NCBI GenBank assembly: GCA_964012805.1
Contig: CAXGUD010000009.1
Span: forward strand, 1-64,000
Direction of reading: 5' to 3'
Length of the DNA stretch: 64,000 nt
From: an uncultured Bacteriovoracaceae bacterium
Lineage (GTDB): Bacteria; Bdellovibrionota; Bacteriovoracia; Bacteriovoracales; Bacteriovoracaceae
Part shown: in pieces, positions 39,158 to 49,144 of the stretch
Layout: every line of letters starts with the position of its first letter
Numbering within the stretch: the first letter of the stretch is position 1
The notes under the pieces: model-generated
What the model was told of the DNA's origin: nothing
The model's database searches: none
Seen by the model: only the letters and a program-made list of their open reading frames with translations
Made by a program: the position numbers and the translations under genes

Positions 39158-39382
39158 TTACTCTTTTTCATGCACGCTATCAAGGTCTCTGTTTAAACAG
39201 GGGTCTGCTCCACACTCCAAAAGTGAAATGAGAGAGTCTGTAGCGTCATGAACCATAGCTTTTTGAACTGGGCGTAGCCCACATGGAAGCACCTCATCTG
39301 GATCTCTACCATGATTTAGGAAGTGCTCCACACCTCTTACCTCATCTCTTTTGAGAAAATACTCAAACAAATCAACAATCAT
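39158..39382 (-). CDS. Small ankyrin-repeat-like protein
   Basis: VEHFLNHGRDPD...GLRPVQKA...LLECGADP; GGAG RBS before ATG 39382. Confidence 0.55.
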   Translation of the reverse strand: MIVDLFEYFLKRDEVRGVEHFLNHGRDPDEVLPCGLRPVQKAMVHDATDSLISLLECGADPCLNRDLDSVHEKE

Positions 39383-39522
39383 AAAAAGTTGCTCCAATAA
39401 ACATCTATGACATGAAGTTTAAAGAATGTAATGAAAAGTATCTTAAAAGAAAAGTTTTTTCTCTTGAGCCTTGGGTAAAAATACTTTCTGTTTATTTTCT
39501 TAAACTAAAGTAAATCACCTCC

Positions 39523-40644
39523 TCAATCTTCAAGGTTTAAATAATAGTTCACTAATTCATCATGAGATTTAAAGCAAGGAGCCGTAGCTCCATCTAAAGG
39601 GTAACGCCCTTTAATAAGGTTTGCCTTTAGCCCCCTCAAAGAAATAATATCAGTCAATTTATCTCCAATCATAAGACTTTTCTCCAGGTGGACCCCATAC
39701 TTTTCAGCAGCACTTAACAACATTCCTGGATTTGGCTTTCTAAATAATGAGACCCCTTTTAAAAGTTCATCTTTTGCTTTGGGGTGAAAAGGACAAAAAA
39801 ACCATCCGTCAACCTCTGCACTTCTCTTTTTCATTTCTAAGTCCATCCACTTATGTAGAGAGACCACATTTTCTTCAGAGAAAAAGCCTCTTGCAACTCC
39901 AGATTGGTTAGTTACAACAAAAACCCACCACCCTTTTTCTTTAAACAGTTTAATAAGAGGGAAAACACCTTCAATAAAATGAACCTTATCCTTCGAACTT
40001 ATATACCCAAGGTCTTCATTTATGATCCCGTCCCTATCCAAAAACAAAGCCGGCTTCTTAGAGGTCTTTTTGATCAATTCATTAGTTTTTTTTGGTAGAG
40101 GAATACCTTCAACAAAACAACAGTCACTAAAAAAGGAATCTGTAAATAAAAACCTATCCGTTAATTGGCTGCTGGAAGAAGCAGCTTTTTTTAAGGTTTC
40201 AACCTTCATCCAAGCAATACCTATTTCTCTATAACAATCTTTATACCCAATACTCTGTTGATGAACCCTTTTTAATCCATCTTTTTGACCACCTACAAGC
40301 TCGTTATTTAAATCTAAAAAGCCTGGGTTGCTTCCATCATTTTGCTCGATGGAAAAACCTAATAATTCAATAGAGGATGTTCTGGACACATGGAGAAATA
40401 AGTCCAAATCATAAGAGAAAGCATTAGAAAAGACTTTTAAAGAAGGAAAGTCAAAACTACTAAAATCACTTTGGATTTTAGCAAGACAAAATGGTCCTTT
40501 TGCTTTCGAAGGTTCATAAAAAAATAAAAACTTCTCACTTGGATTACGGTTATCCAAAAATTCACAAAAGTCTTTGCTTGACTTGAAACTTAAAACTTCT
40601 TTATTTTTGCTCTCCAAACTCAAACTCCTTAAAAATTTGGCCAA
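39523..40644 (-). CDS. gmhB: D,D-heptose 1,7-bisphosphate phosphatase (GmhB-like HAD IIIA) with ~190-aa N-terminal extension
   Basis: ALFLDRDGIINED, VTNQSGVARG, CPFHP, RKPNPGM, MIGDKLTD. Confidence 0.8.
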   Translation of the reverse strand: MAKFLRSLSLESKNKEVLSFKSSKDFCEFLDNRNPSEKFLFFYEPSKAKGPFCLAKIQSDFSSFDFPSLKVFSNAFSYDLDLFLHVSRTSSIELLGFSIEQNDGSNPGFLDLNNELVGGQKDGLKRVHQQSIGYKDCYREIGIAWMKVETLKKAASSSSQLTDRFLFTDSFFSDCCFVEGIPLPKKTNELIKKTSKKPALFLDRDGIINEDLGYISSKDKVHFIEGVFPLIKLFKEKGWWVFVVTNQSGVARGFFSEENVVSLHKWMDLEMKKRSAEVDGWFFCPFHPKAKDELLKGVSLFRKPNPGMLLSAAEKYGVHLEKSLMIGDKLTDIISLRGLKANLIKGRYPLDGATAPCFKSHDELVNYYLNLED

Positions 40645-40648
40645 ATTT

Positions 40649-41695
40649 TTAACTCATTTTTTTTACCGAACAATTAACCTTCATGGCCGGGACAGTAAAT
40701 ATGTTCATAGGTTTTACCCTTATCTGAAGGACAAAGCTTTTTAACCTTATTTCAAAAGAACTTAAACCCTTCTTAAGTTTTTCAATTGTAATATTTTCTA
40801 GTTCTTGAGAGATTTTTTGATTCGTTACAATATCAATTTCCTTCAACTGATACCTTTCTTTTTCACCCTTTAAGCACTTTTCTCCATGATAGCAGGTTAT
40901 TTGAATTATATTTTCAAGACCCATTCCCAACAAAGGAAAAAGGGCCTTTTTAAACTTCTCTTTATCTTTTTTAAAAAACACTATAAACGCGTTATAAAAC
41001 TCTTGGATTACTCTATGATAATGTCCCTGAACTAAAACGAGGTCATCCTTAGACAACTGACCTGGAAGAGAGCTTTTTCCCGCTTCTTCCCACTCTTCAC
41101 CAAATTTTCCTTCAAAAGTGAGGCCTACCTTGTCGTAAAGCTGATAGCTCATCTCTAAAAAGCTTTGCTCAACAAATTGAGAGACTTTTTGCTGTAAATT
41201 TGAAGCTTCTTGGAACTCCGAAAAGTATTTTCCAATGAAGCTCCTAACACCACCGCTTTTAGTATTTACAAAAGCTTTCGTCTTACATAGCTTCAAGCTC
41301 AATAAATGTTCTTTTCCCTCATCAGTTATGGCCAATAGGTCTGCTTCCTTTAATCGGTCCCTTCTTTTAAACTCTGGACACTTTCCCACCACAAAAATTT
41401 GATGGATATTTTTCGGGAGTATAGAAAAAGATTCTTCAGCAGTTTCTCGAGCAAGTATTGGGAGGCGTTTAACAAGCTCTGGGTCATACTCTCTGAGGTA
41501 TTTCTCATAAGTAATGAGTTGAGACCTTAAAGGACCCCCAAACCCCTTCAAAAACTGAGATTCCCTAAGATACTTCCTCGACAACCAGGAACCGACCAGA
41601 AATTCAAATAAATTTCCTTTAAATTCATTGATCGCTGCTTCCTTTTGACTCAAGGTTGCTTTGCCTACCCCTGAAAAATTTAAAGGCCTTTTCAC
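40649..41695 (-). CDS. Hypothetical protein, possible PD-(D/E)xK nuclease fold
   Basis: KGNLFE helix, EADLL, LSLKL arrangement. Confidence 0.5.
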   Translation of the reverse strand: MKRPLNFSGVGKATLSQKEAAINEFKGNLFEFLVGSWLSRKYLRESQFLKGFGGPLRSQLITYEKYLREYDPELVKRLPILARETAEESFSILPKNIHQIFVVGKCPEFKRRDRLKEADLLAITDEGKEHLLSLKLCKTKAFVNTKSGGVRSFIGKYFSEFQEASNLQQKVSQFVEQSFLEMSYQLYDKVGLTFEGKFGEEWEEAGKSSLPGQLSKDDLVLVQGHYHRVIQEFYNAFIVFFKKDKEKFKKALFPLLGMGLENIIQITCYHGEKCLKGEKERYQLKEIDIVTNQKISQELENITIEKLKKGLSSFEIRLKSFVLQIRVKPMNIFTVPAMKVNCSVKKMS

Positions 41696-41808
41696 TTTTT
41701 GGACCTCATCTGAAAAAAGATGTTTTCAATGCCTCAACCCTGTTTTAGACTACGCGGGATTGAATTTCCAGAGATTGGGCATCATATAGAGGCCCAAAGG
41801 ACAAGGTA

Positions 41809-42765
41809 ATGAAGCCCTTTCCACTCATTTTGGAGTCCATAAAAGACCTCAGTGAAGGTCAGGTCCAAGATGTTTTTAAGCTTGCCAAATCCTTTAAAAA
41901 TGGTTCTGAACCAGAGGGGGCTCCTTTTTCTTCCAATCTGCCTAAGACAGGAAAAGCTCACTTTCAATCAAAAACTCCTCTTATAGCTACTTTTTTCCAA
42001 GAGCCATCAACTCGAACAAAAAACTCTTTTGCCATTGCAGCAAAAAGGTTAAAAACAGACTATGTCGACTTAGCACCGCAGTCTTCAAGCCTTAAAAAAG
42101 GTGAGGACTTGGAGCAAACCTTCATAACCCTTAAGTATCAGGGTGTTAACCTACTTATTTGCCGATCACCTTTGGAAAAAATAAGTAGTAGGGTCAAATT
42201 ACCAAACGTAGCTTATATAAACGGTGGGGATGGAAAAAATGAACACCCTACCCAAGCCCTCTTAGATGCTTTTTCCATTATAGAAAGCGGTTTGGACCTC
42301 TCTAGGACTACCGTTGCTCTGATTGGAGATGTCCTCCACTCTAGAGTGGCCCACTCCCTGATGAAACTCATCCCTAAATTGGGAGGAAAAGTTTTAATTT
42401 GTGGCCCTAGCGACTGGCTCCCAAAAGAAGACTTAGGACCCTCTATTGAAAGTGTTTCTTCACTTGAAGAAGCCATTCTAAGAGCAGATGTCCTTTATCC
42501 TCTTAGGATACAAAAAGAGAGGCACAAAGGCACCGTTCAAAATGAAGAGTATTTTATTAAGCATTTTAAGGTCAGCTTGAAAAAGCTTAAAGATATGAAT
42601 AGAACCCCTCTTGTCTTTCACGCGGGGCCTTTTAACATAGGAGTAGAAATCGACCAAGACCTTCTCGATTCACCCTTATTTCAAGCATATAACCAAATTG
42701 AAAACTCAATATATATTAGAATGTCCATCATCCAACTCATGTTACAAGAGTTTGGACAATCCTAA
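41809..42765 (+). CDS. pyrB: Aspartate carbamoyltransferase catalytic subunit
   Basis: FQEPSTRT, SSLKKGE, INGGDG.NEHPTQALLD, GDVLHSRVA, RIQKER, HAGP. Confidence 0.92.
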   Translation: MKPFPLILESIKDLSEGQVQDVFKLAKSFKNGSEPEGAPFSSNLPKTGKAHFQSKTPLIATFFQEPSTRTKNSFAIAAKRLKTDYVDLAPQSSSLKKGEDLEQTFITLKYQGVNLLICRSPLEKISSRVKLPNVAYINGGDGKNEHPTQALLDAFSIIESGLDLSRTTVALIGDVLHSRVAHSLMKLIPKLGGKVLICGPSDWLPKEDLGPSIESVSSLEEAILRADVLYPLRIQKERHKGTVQNEEYFIKHFKVSLKKLKDMNRTPLVFHAGPFNIGVEIDQDLLDSPLFQAYNQIENSIYIRMSIIQLMLQEFGQS

Positions 42766-42777
42766 AAAGGTAAGATC

Positions 42778-45700
42778 ATGACAACGAAAGAACAATTATT
42801 TTTAGAGTCTTTGGAAAAGACTCCTGGTTTTTTGCACTTTGAAGATGGAACTTCTTTTTCTGGAACACTCAATATTGAAAGCAATGACCCCCGTTTAGAA
42901 AAAGGAATATGGGGGGAAGCTGCTTTTACGACAGGCATGACCGGATACCAAGAAACAATGACGGACCCATCTTTTTTGGGACAACATATTATTTTTAGCT
43001 CACCCCATATTGGGAACTATCCTTCCGATGAAAAAGTAAACCAATCAAATAGTTGTCATGGAACATCGATTATAGCCAAAAGCTTTTCTCCAAATAAGTT
43101 TCTTATGGAATGTGAAGCCCCACTTTTTACATGTCATGATACCAGGGCACTTGTTAAGTTTATAACTGGAAAGAAAGGCAATCATAAATCTGTTATTACA
43201 GTTAACTCGAAAAGCCCCAGTTCCGAAGAGTTTGAGAAAGAGGAACTTAAATGCAACCGATTAGACTTGGTAAGTTCGGAAGGACCCTCAAAAGTCCTTA
43301 CGCCTGGAAAAAACCCTATTGTCCTCATTGATTATGGTTGTAAAAAAGCCATCATAAATAATCTAAAAAACCTAGGGTTTCCTCTCGTTATTGTAGGACA
43401 CAAAACAAAAGCTTCAGAAATTTTAGATTTTAAACCAAGAATGATTTTCCTCTCCAATGGACCTGGAGATCCAAGGTCCTACTCAACTCAAATCGAAGAG
43501 GTAAAGAAGCTGCTCACTTTTCAAATTCCAATAAGAGGAATTTGCCTTGGTCACCAATTAATCACTCTAGCTCTTGAAGCATCTATAATAAAATTACCAT
43601 TTGGCCAAAGGGGTGTTAACCATCCTTGTATCGAACATGAGACTGGTAAAGTTATCATAACCAGTCAAAACCATGGTTACGCTGCTTCAAAAGAAGAACT
43701 TACGAGCAAATTTTCTGCCGAAAATAATATCTTAGGTAAAGAACTTTTTATTTCATATACATCTCTCTTTGATAACTCAGTAGAAGGCATCTCATCAACC
43801 GATCATTTTCTCAAAACAGTTCAGTTTCATCCTGAAGCTTACCCTGGTACACATGATGGAGATGGTTTTTTTAAAGAAATAAAAAATTACCTAACTGAGA
43901 AACAAAACCCAATTGAAGTTTCTAGTCTAGAGAAAGTAGTAGATTTAAGCTCAGGCTACAAGAAAGAAGTCCCTTATTCAAAGGTCCTAATTATTGGTTC
44001 CGGGCCTATAAAAATTGGCCAAGCTTCTGAGTTTGATTATTCAGGAACTCAAGCCTGTAAAGTTCTAATGGCCCTGGGAATAGAGGTTGTTCTTTTAAAC
44101 TCAAACCCCGCGACCATTATGACCGATTCAGAAATGGCCACCAAAACCTACCTTGAGCCTATTACCAAAGAAACGCTCAAAAAGATTGTTGAAAAAGAAA
44201 ATATCCAAGCTGTTCTTTCCACCTTGGGAGGTCAAACGGCACTAAACCTTTGTATTGACCTTGAAGAAGAAGGCTACTTTAAAAAGAACAATGTCGCTCT
44301 TCTTGGCGCGAATACGGATACCATTAGAAAAACAGAAGACAGAGAGCTTTTTGCAAAAGAACTTTTAACACTTGGTTATCACACAGGAGAAAGGTACTCA
44401 GCTTTTAGCCAAGAAGAATGTATACAACTAGCTCATGACCAAGTTGGTTTTCCCCTCATCATTAGAAGAGACTTTGCTTTAGGAGGGAAAGGAGCTGCCC
44501 TTGTTTACAATGAGAAGGAACTTGTCGAAGTCTTTTCAAGCGACATCAAATTTCCCATTACTCTTGAGCGGTCTTTAGTTGGCTGGAAAGAGATTGAACT
44601 CGAAGTCATGGTTGATAAAGAAAAAAATGGGGTTATAATTTGCTCCATTGAAAATATCGATCCATGTGGTGTTCATACTGGAGATAGTATTACAGTTGCT
44701 CCTGCTCAAACGATAAGTGATCAACTATATCAAAACCTTAGGACGATGGCCCTTAATGTAGCAAAACACATGGGTGTTGTTGCCGGCGGAGCAAACGTTC
44801 AGTTTGCTATCAATCCTCATAATGATGATGATATTGTTGTTATTGAAATGAACCCGAGAGTCTCAAGGTCTTCAGCTTTGGCTTCCAAAGCGACTGGTTA
44901 CCCGATTGCAAAAATTTCGGCCCTACTCTCCCTTGGGTATACTCTTAAAGAAATTCTTAACGATATAACAAAAGCCTCTCCAGTAGCTTTTGAACCGACA
45001 CTTGATTATGTAGCTGTAAAAATACCTCTTTTTCCTTTCAGCAAATTTCCAACGTCTTCTAAGGTATTAGGTCCTCAAATGAGATCTGTGGGAGAAGTTC
45101 TGTCACTGGGAAGTACCTTTAATGAAGCTTTTATGAAAGCACTAAGGAGTCTGGAACTAGGACTTGAAATTCCTGAACTTTCAAGGATTCCCAATATACC
45201 ACTTGATTTGAATCAGGACTTTCTAACAAAAAGACTATCTTCGCCCCATCAGTTATCCTTACTAACTTGTATGGAAGCTTTAAGAAAAGAAGTAAGCTTG
45301 AATAAAGTCCACGAGCTTACCCAAATTTCGCCTTGGTTTTTAGAGCAAATTAATGTTCTCGTTAATGCTGAAAATAAAATCAGAAACAGAAAAAATAAAG
45401 AAATTAAAAACATTACCAAAGAAGAGATGCTTTGCTACAAAAAACTAGGGATGAGTGATAAGCATATTGCGACCCTCCTTGAGAAAACTCAAAAAGAGGT
45501 CCTCTCCTTTCGCTTAGAAAATAACCTATCTCCTGTTTATAAAGCAGTTGATACATGTTCAGGGGAATTCTTCGCTGAAACTCCTTATTTTTATAGTACT
45601 TACACCCAAGTTTGTGAAGCATCTCCTTTAAGTAAAAAAGGGAAATCTGTAGCTGTCCTAGGATCAGGTCCTAATAGAATCGGTCAAGGCATCGAGTTTG

Positions 45701-47253
45701 ATTATTCTTGTGTTAAATCGTGCCAACGACTTAGAGAAAAGAATACTCAAGCCATCATGATTAACTCAAACCCAGAAACAGTATCAACTGATTATGATAG
45801 TTCTGACCGCCTTTACCTTTCACCTCTTTACTCGGAAGATATTTTTGATATCCTTCTTCACGAAAAGCCTGACGGTATTATAACTCCCTTTAGTGGTCAA
45901 ACAGGTATTGCTATAAGAGAACACATAGAAAAGAGCTTTAGAAAAGAATTCGCATCCTTTAATTTTTTAGGACCGAACCTTGAAAGCCTCCAGTTGACAG
46001 AAGACAGAAAACTTTTTAGTGACCTTCTAAAAAAAGTTAATATTTCCCAAACAAAAGCGGTGGAGGTTAAGGGCCATAAAGCTCTAATGAACGCAATTAT
46101 AGATGACATAGGCTTACCTGCTATTATTAGACCCAGTTATGTTATAGGTGGTGAATCCATGTATATCTTTAACTCCTATGAAGATACCCGAAAGCTTCCA
46201 CCATCCTTACTTGAACAGCTTGAAAAAAAGGAGACCGTTTTTCAAGTTGAAACTTGCCTCGAAAGAGCAATTGAATACGATGTTGATCTTGTAAGAGACG
46301 AATTTGGAAACACTCTTTTTACAATATGTGAACATATCGAACATGCAGGTGTTCACTCGGGAGACTCAGGAATGATATCTCCCCCAGTAAAATTAACAGA
46401 AAGTATGCTCAAACAAATAGAATCAATCTCAATTCAACTTTCAGAAGCACTCAATATTATAGGACCAATTAACTTTCAATATGCCGTAAAAAATAACGAA
46501 GAAATTTATTGTATTGAAGCTAACCCTAGAGGTTCTAGAACTCTTCCTTTCTTAAGTAAGGCAAATGATATAAGTATTCCTGGAATCGCCACAGATGCCA
46601 TGCTAGGTGAAAGTATTAAAGAATATAAAAAGAAAGATGATCCTCCTTTTTGTGTGAAGCAGTCTACTTTTCCATTTGATAGATTCCTTCAAGACAAATC
46701 AATTCTAGGCCCAAAAATGCGCTCTACTGGAGAAACTTTTGGGATGGATATTGATAAAGAGCAATCCGTCCTTAAATCTTATCTTGGAAATTACCCAAAC
46801 CTACTAGGACCGGGAAAACTGCTGATCTCTCTTGCAGATAAAAATAAAACGGTGATTTTGCCTTACATAAAAACCCTTCATCAAATGGGTTATCGATTTA
46901 TGGCAACTCAAGGAACTTACCAATTTATAAAGAAACAGGGACTCCCTTGTGAAAAAGTAACCAAAATTGCCGACGATACTGGTCTTTCCATTTTAGAAGC
47001 TCTTAAAGATTCGAAGCTTAAAATGGTTCTAAATACCCCGATGAACCCAAAGTCATCTAAATCAGACGGAGAAGAAATAAGAAATACTGCTATTGCTTAT
47101 GGTATTCCATGCTTTACCCGACCAGAAAATATAATCGCCATTATAGAGTCTCTTATTGGCTCTAAAGGAAGTGAGCTTATACCAATAAGCCTCCAGGAAA
47201 AGTTTTTTACACCATCAATAAATAACAATCAGACAACTGAAGGCACAATCTAA
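42778..47253 (+). CDS. carAB: Carbamoyl-phosphate synthase, fused small (CarA) and large (CarB) subunits
   Basis: CarA motifs (TGYQE..TDPS, LSNGPGDP, GICLGHQ, SQNHGY, QFHPE) continue in frame into CarB (GSGPIKIGQASEFDYSG, GVHTGDS, EMNPRVSRSS, GPNRIGQGIEFDY, MGS domain). Confidence 0.95.
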   Translation: MTTKEQLFLESLEKTPGFLHFEDGTSFSGTLNIESNDPRLEKGIWGEAAFTTGMTGYQETMTDPSFLGQHIIFSSPHIGNYPSDEKVNQSNSCHGTSIIAKSFSPNKFLMECEAPLFTCHDTRALVKFITGKKGNHKSVITVNSKSPSSEEFEKEELKCNRLDLVSSEGPSKVLTPGKNPIVLIDYGCKKAIINNLKNLGFPLVIVGHKTKASEILDFKPRMIFLSNGPGDPRSYSTQIEEVKKLLTFQIPIRGICLGHQLITLALEASIIKLPFGQRGVNHPCIEHETGKVIITSQNHGYAASKEELTSKFSAENNILGKELFISYTSLFDNSVEGISSTDHFLKTVQFHPEAYPGTHDGDGFFKEIKNYLTEKQNPIEVSSLEKVVDLSSGYKKEVPYSKVLIIGSGPIKIGQASEFDYSGTQACKVLMALGIEVVLLNSNPATIMTDSEMATKTYLEPITKETLKKIVEKENIQAVLSTLGGQTALNLCIDLEEEGYFKKNNVALLGANTDTIRKTEDRELFAKELLTLGYHTGERYSAFSQEECIQLAHDQVGFPLIIRRDFALGGKGAALVYNEKELVEVFSSDIKFPITLERSLVGWKEIELEVMVDKEKNGVIICSIENIDPCGVHTGDSITVAPAQTISDQLYQNLRTMALNVAKHMGVVAGGANVQFAINPHNDDDIVVIEMNPRVSRSSALASKATGYPIAKISALLSLGYTLKEILNDITKASPVAFEPTLDYVAVKIPLFPFSKFPTSSKVLGPQMRSVGEVLSLGSTFNEAFMKALRSLELGLEIPELSRIPNIPLDLNQDFLTKRLSSPHQLSLLTCMEALRKEVSLNKVHELTQISPWFLEQINVLVNAENKIRNRKNKEIKNITKEEMLCYKKLGMSDKHIATLLEKTQKEVLSFRLENNLSPVYKAVDTCSGEFFAETPYFYSTYTQVCEASPLSKKGKSVAVLGSGPNRIGQGIEFDYSCVKSCQRLREKNTQAIMINSNPETVSTDYDSSDRLYLSPLYSEDIFDILLHEKPDGIITPFSGQTGIAIREHIEKSFRKEFASFNFLGPNLESLQLTEDRKLFSDLLKKVNISQTKAVEVKGHKALMNAIIDDIGLPAIIRPSYVIGGESMYIFNSYEDTRKLPPSLLEQLEKKETVFQVETCLERAIEYDVDLVRDEFGNTLFTICEHIEHAGVHSGDSGMISPPVKLTESMLKQIESISIQLSEALNIIGPINFQYAVKNNEEIYCIEANPRGSRTLPFLSKANDISIPGIATDAMLGESIKEYKKKDDPPFCVKQSTFPFDRFLQDKSILGPKMRSTGETFGMDIDKEQSVLKSYLGNYPNLLGPGKLLISLADKNKTVILPYIKTLHQMGYRFMATQGTYQFIKKQGLPCEKVTKIADDTGLSILEALKDSKLKMVLNTPMNPKSSKSDGEEIRNTAIAYGIPCFTRPENIIAIIESLIGSKGSELIPISLQEKFFTPSINNNQTTEGTI

Positions 47254-47996
47254 TGAATCAAGTGAACTCCAAAGAGAGCTTAAACAAGGTTATTTTGGCA
47301 GTTGATAACATGACTCAAACCGAAGTAAGAGACCTTTTAAAAAATTGGCCATCCCAAAAAATGCCAGTGGTCAAGATAGGCTTGGAACTTTTTTTAAAAT
47401 ACGGGCAACCATTGGTTCTCGACCTTTTTCATGAGTTTGGAGTAAAGATTTTCTTGGATCTAAAGCTTCATGACATTCCAAATACGGTTGCAAAGTCAAT
47501 ACGAAGCTTAAAAGGTCTTCCCATAGAGTTTTTAACAATACACCTCTCCGGAGGCAGGGAAATGATTCAGCGCGCTCTTAAAGAGGCGAAACTAAACCTT
47601 CCTCACACAAAAGTGCTAGGGGTTAGCCTCCTAACTTCCCTGGATAAAAATGATTTTAAAGAGCTTTGGGACTTTTCTGGAAACCAAGTTGAAAATACAT
47701 TTAAAAACCTCTTTTCCCTTGCTCTAGAACTAGAAGTTCATGGAGTTGTCTGCTCTCCGGTTGAATTAAATTTAATTACATCTTTAGAAAAAAAACATCA
47801 ACGCTCTCTTTTAAAAGTTACCCCTGGGATCCGGTTTGAGGATGAGATTCTCATAGGCTCTATTGGCGACCAAAAAAGAGTCTTATCTCCTGAAGTAGCG
47901 ATTGGTTCCGGAGCTAATTACTTGGTTATTGGCAGATCTCTGACTGAATCCGCTCAACTTGACAAAAGAATTGAACACCTTGCAAACTTAGACTAG
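47253..47996 (+). CDS. pyrF: Orotidine-5'-phosphate decarboxylase
   Basis: VKIGLEL, FLDLKLHDIPNTV, TPGIR, DQKR, VIGR. Confidence 0.95.
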   Translation: MNQVNSKESLNKVILAVDNMTQTEVRDLLKNWPSQKMPVVKIGLELFLKYGQPLVLDLFHEFGVKIFLDLKLHDIPNTVAKSIRSLKGLPIEFLTIHLSGGREMIQRALKEAKLNLPHTKVLGVSLLTSLDKNDFKELWDFSGNQVENTFKNLFSLALELEVHGVVCSPVELNLITSLEKKHQRSLLKVTPGIRFEDEILIGSIGDQKRVLSPEVAIGSGANYLVIGRSLTESAQLDKRIEHLANLD

Positions 47997-48022
47997 GTCT
48001 AAAAAAATGGGGTGTTTACAAT

Positions 48023-48220
48023 ATGAAAGGGCAGGAACACAACAAGGGAACTCTCAAAGAACTAAAAGTTAATATTGAAGAGAAAGTAGTCGATGACTTC
48101 GAAATGATGGCAAAAAACACAGGAATTCCTATGGCAGACCTAGTTGTTATAGCATTGAAACGCTTTGCTTCCAGCCATTCGGACTATAAAGGAAGTACAC
48201 CTCCCGCGACAACAAAATAG
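48023..48220 (+). CDS. Small hypothetical protein, ribbon-helix-helix-like
   Basis: Beta-strand ELKVNI followed by two short helices; 65 aa. Confidence 0.55.
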   Translation: MKGQEHNKGTLKELKVNIEEKVVDDFEMMAKNTGIPMADLVVIALKRFASSHSDYKGSTPPATTK

Positions 48221-48229
48221 AAAAAGCTA

Positions 48230-49144
48230 ATGAGGTTCCACCACCTTCAATCCTTTTTGTCAGTACTATGCTTATTATGGGTCTTATCCTCAATTAGTAA
48301 TAACGCTCACTCAGCCCAATTGGTAACAGTCTCTACTTCAAGGGCCATTATCTATGCTGACAAAGAACTAACTCTACCATTAGGGTATGTGACTATGGGT
48401 AAAGAGTTAACCGTTGGTGAAGTGGCCCGAAAAGGCGGCCAAGTTCTCCCACTCATTGTTTCCGGCAAAATTGCTTATATTCGTGTAAGTGACATATCAG
48501 TTTCAAAAGAGGGCAACAAAAAAGGTTACTCTCGCTACTATCAAAAAGATGAAGACCCTATAGATTTCGAATATCTTCATGAACTCAAAAGTAATCTTCA
48601 AAAAAACAATTATTTAACTAGTTCTTATGGTTTTTTTAACCCTGGTGAAAGCTGGCATTACTTAGCATCCTCTACTGGAAGTATAGAAAAGGAGTCAATT
48701 AAAACTATCTCAATCACTTTAGAACATAGAGACCCCCTTAAAAGATTAAGTTGGGGATTAGGTTTTAAGTTGTATACCCTGACTCAGGAAAGTCTTAAGA
48801 CACTTTCCCTCAACTTTGAAGTACCTTTTTACTACAATAATCTCTATAAGATAAAAACAGTTTCATTTGATGGCATTATAGGCGTCAGTGTTACAAGCTC
48901 AGTTAAGATCAAAGTTTTAGATACGCCAGGTTATTACAAAGCTTTTCAGTATGGTGGTCTTCTTGGATTACGAAGTAGAGTTCCCCTTACACCCAAATGG
49001 GGAATGCTTTTTACATTAAGCTACAAGCTACTGAATATAGATTCCATGCAACCAATATCTATAAAAGGGCCTCCCACTAAAAAATATACAATAAATGCTT
49101 TTTCTGGAACCCACCTTACTTTTGGTGCCAGCTATAGGTTTTAA
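48230..49144 (+). CDS. Exported protein, SH3-like N-terminus plus probable outer-membrane beta-barrel
   Basis: Signal peptide, AIIYAD...LGYV..G..L.V SH3b-like segment, terminal GASYRF beta-signal. Confidence 0.6.
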   Translation: MRFHHLQSFLSVLCLLWVLSSISNNAHSAQLVTVSTSRAIIYADKELTLPLGYVTMGKELTVGEVARKGGQVLPLIVSGKIAYIRVSDISVSKEGNKKGYSRYYQKDEDPIDFEYLHELKSNLQKNNYLTSSYGFFNPGESWHYLASSTGSIEKESIKTISITLEHRDPLKRLSWGLGFKLYTLTQESLKTLSLNFEVPFYYNNLYKIKTVSFDGIIGVSVTSSVKIKVLDTPGYYKAFQYGGLLGLRSRVPLTPKWGMLFTLSYKLLNIDSMQPISIKGPPTKKYTINAFSGTHLTFGASYRF

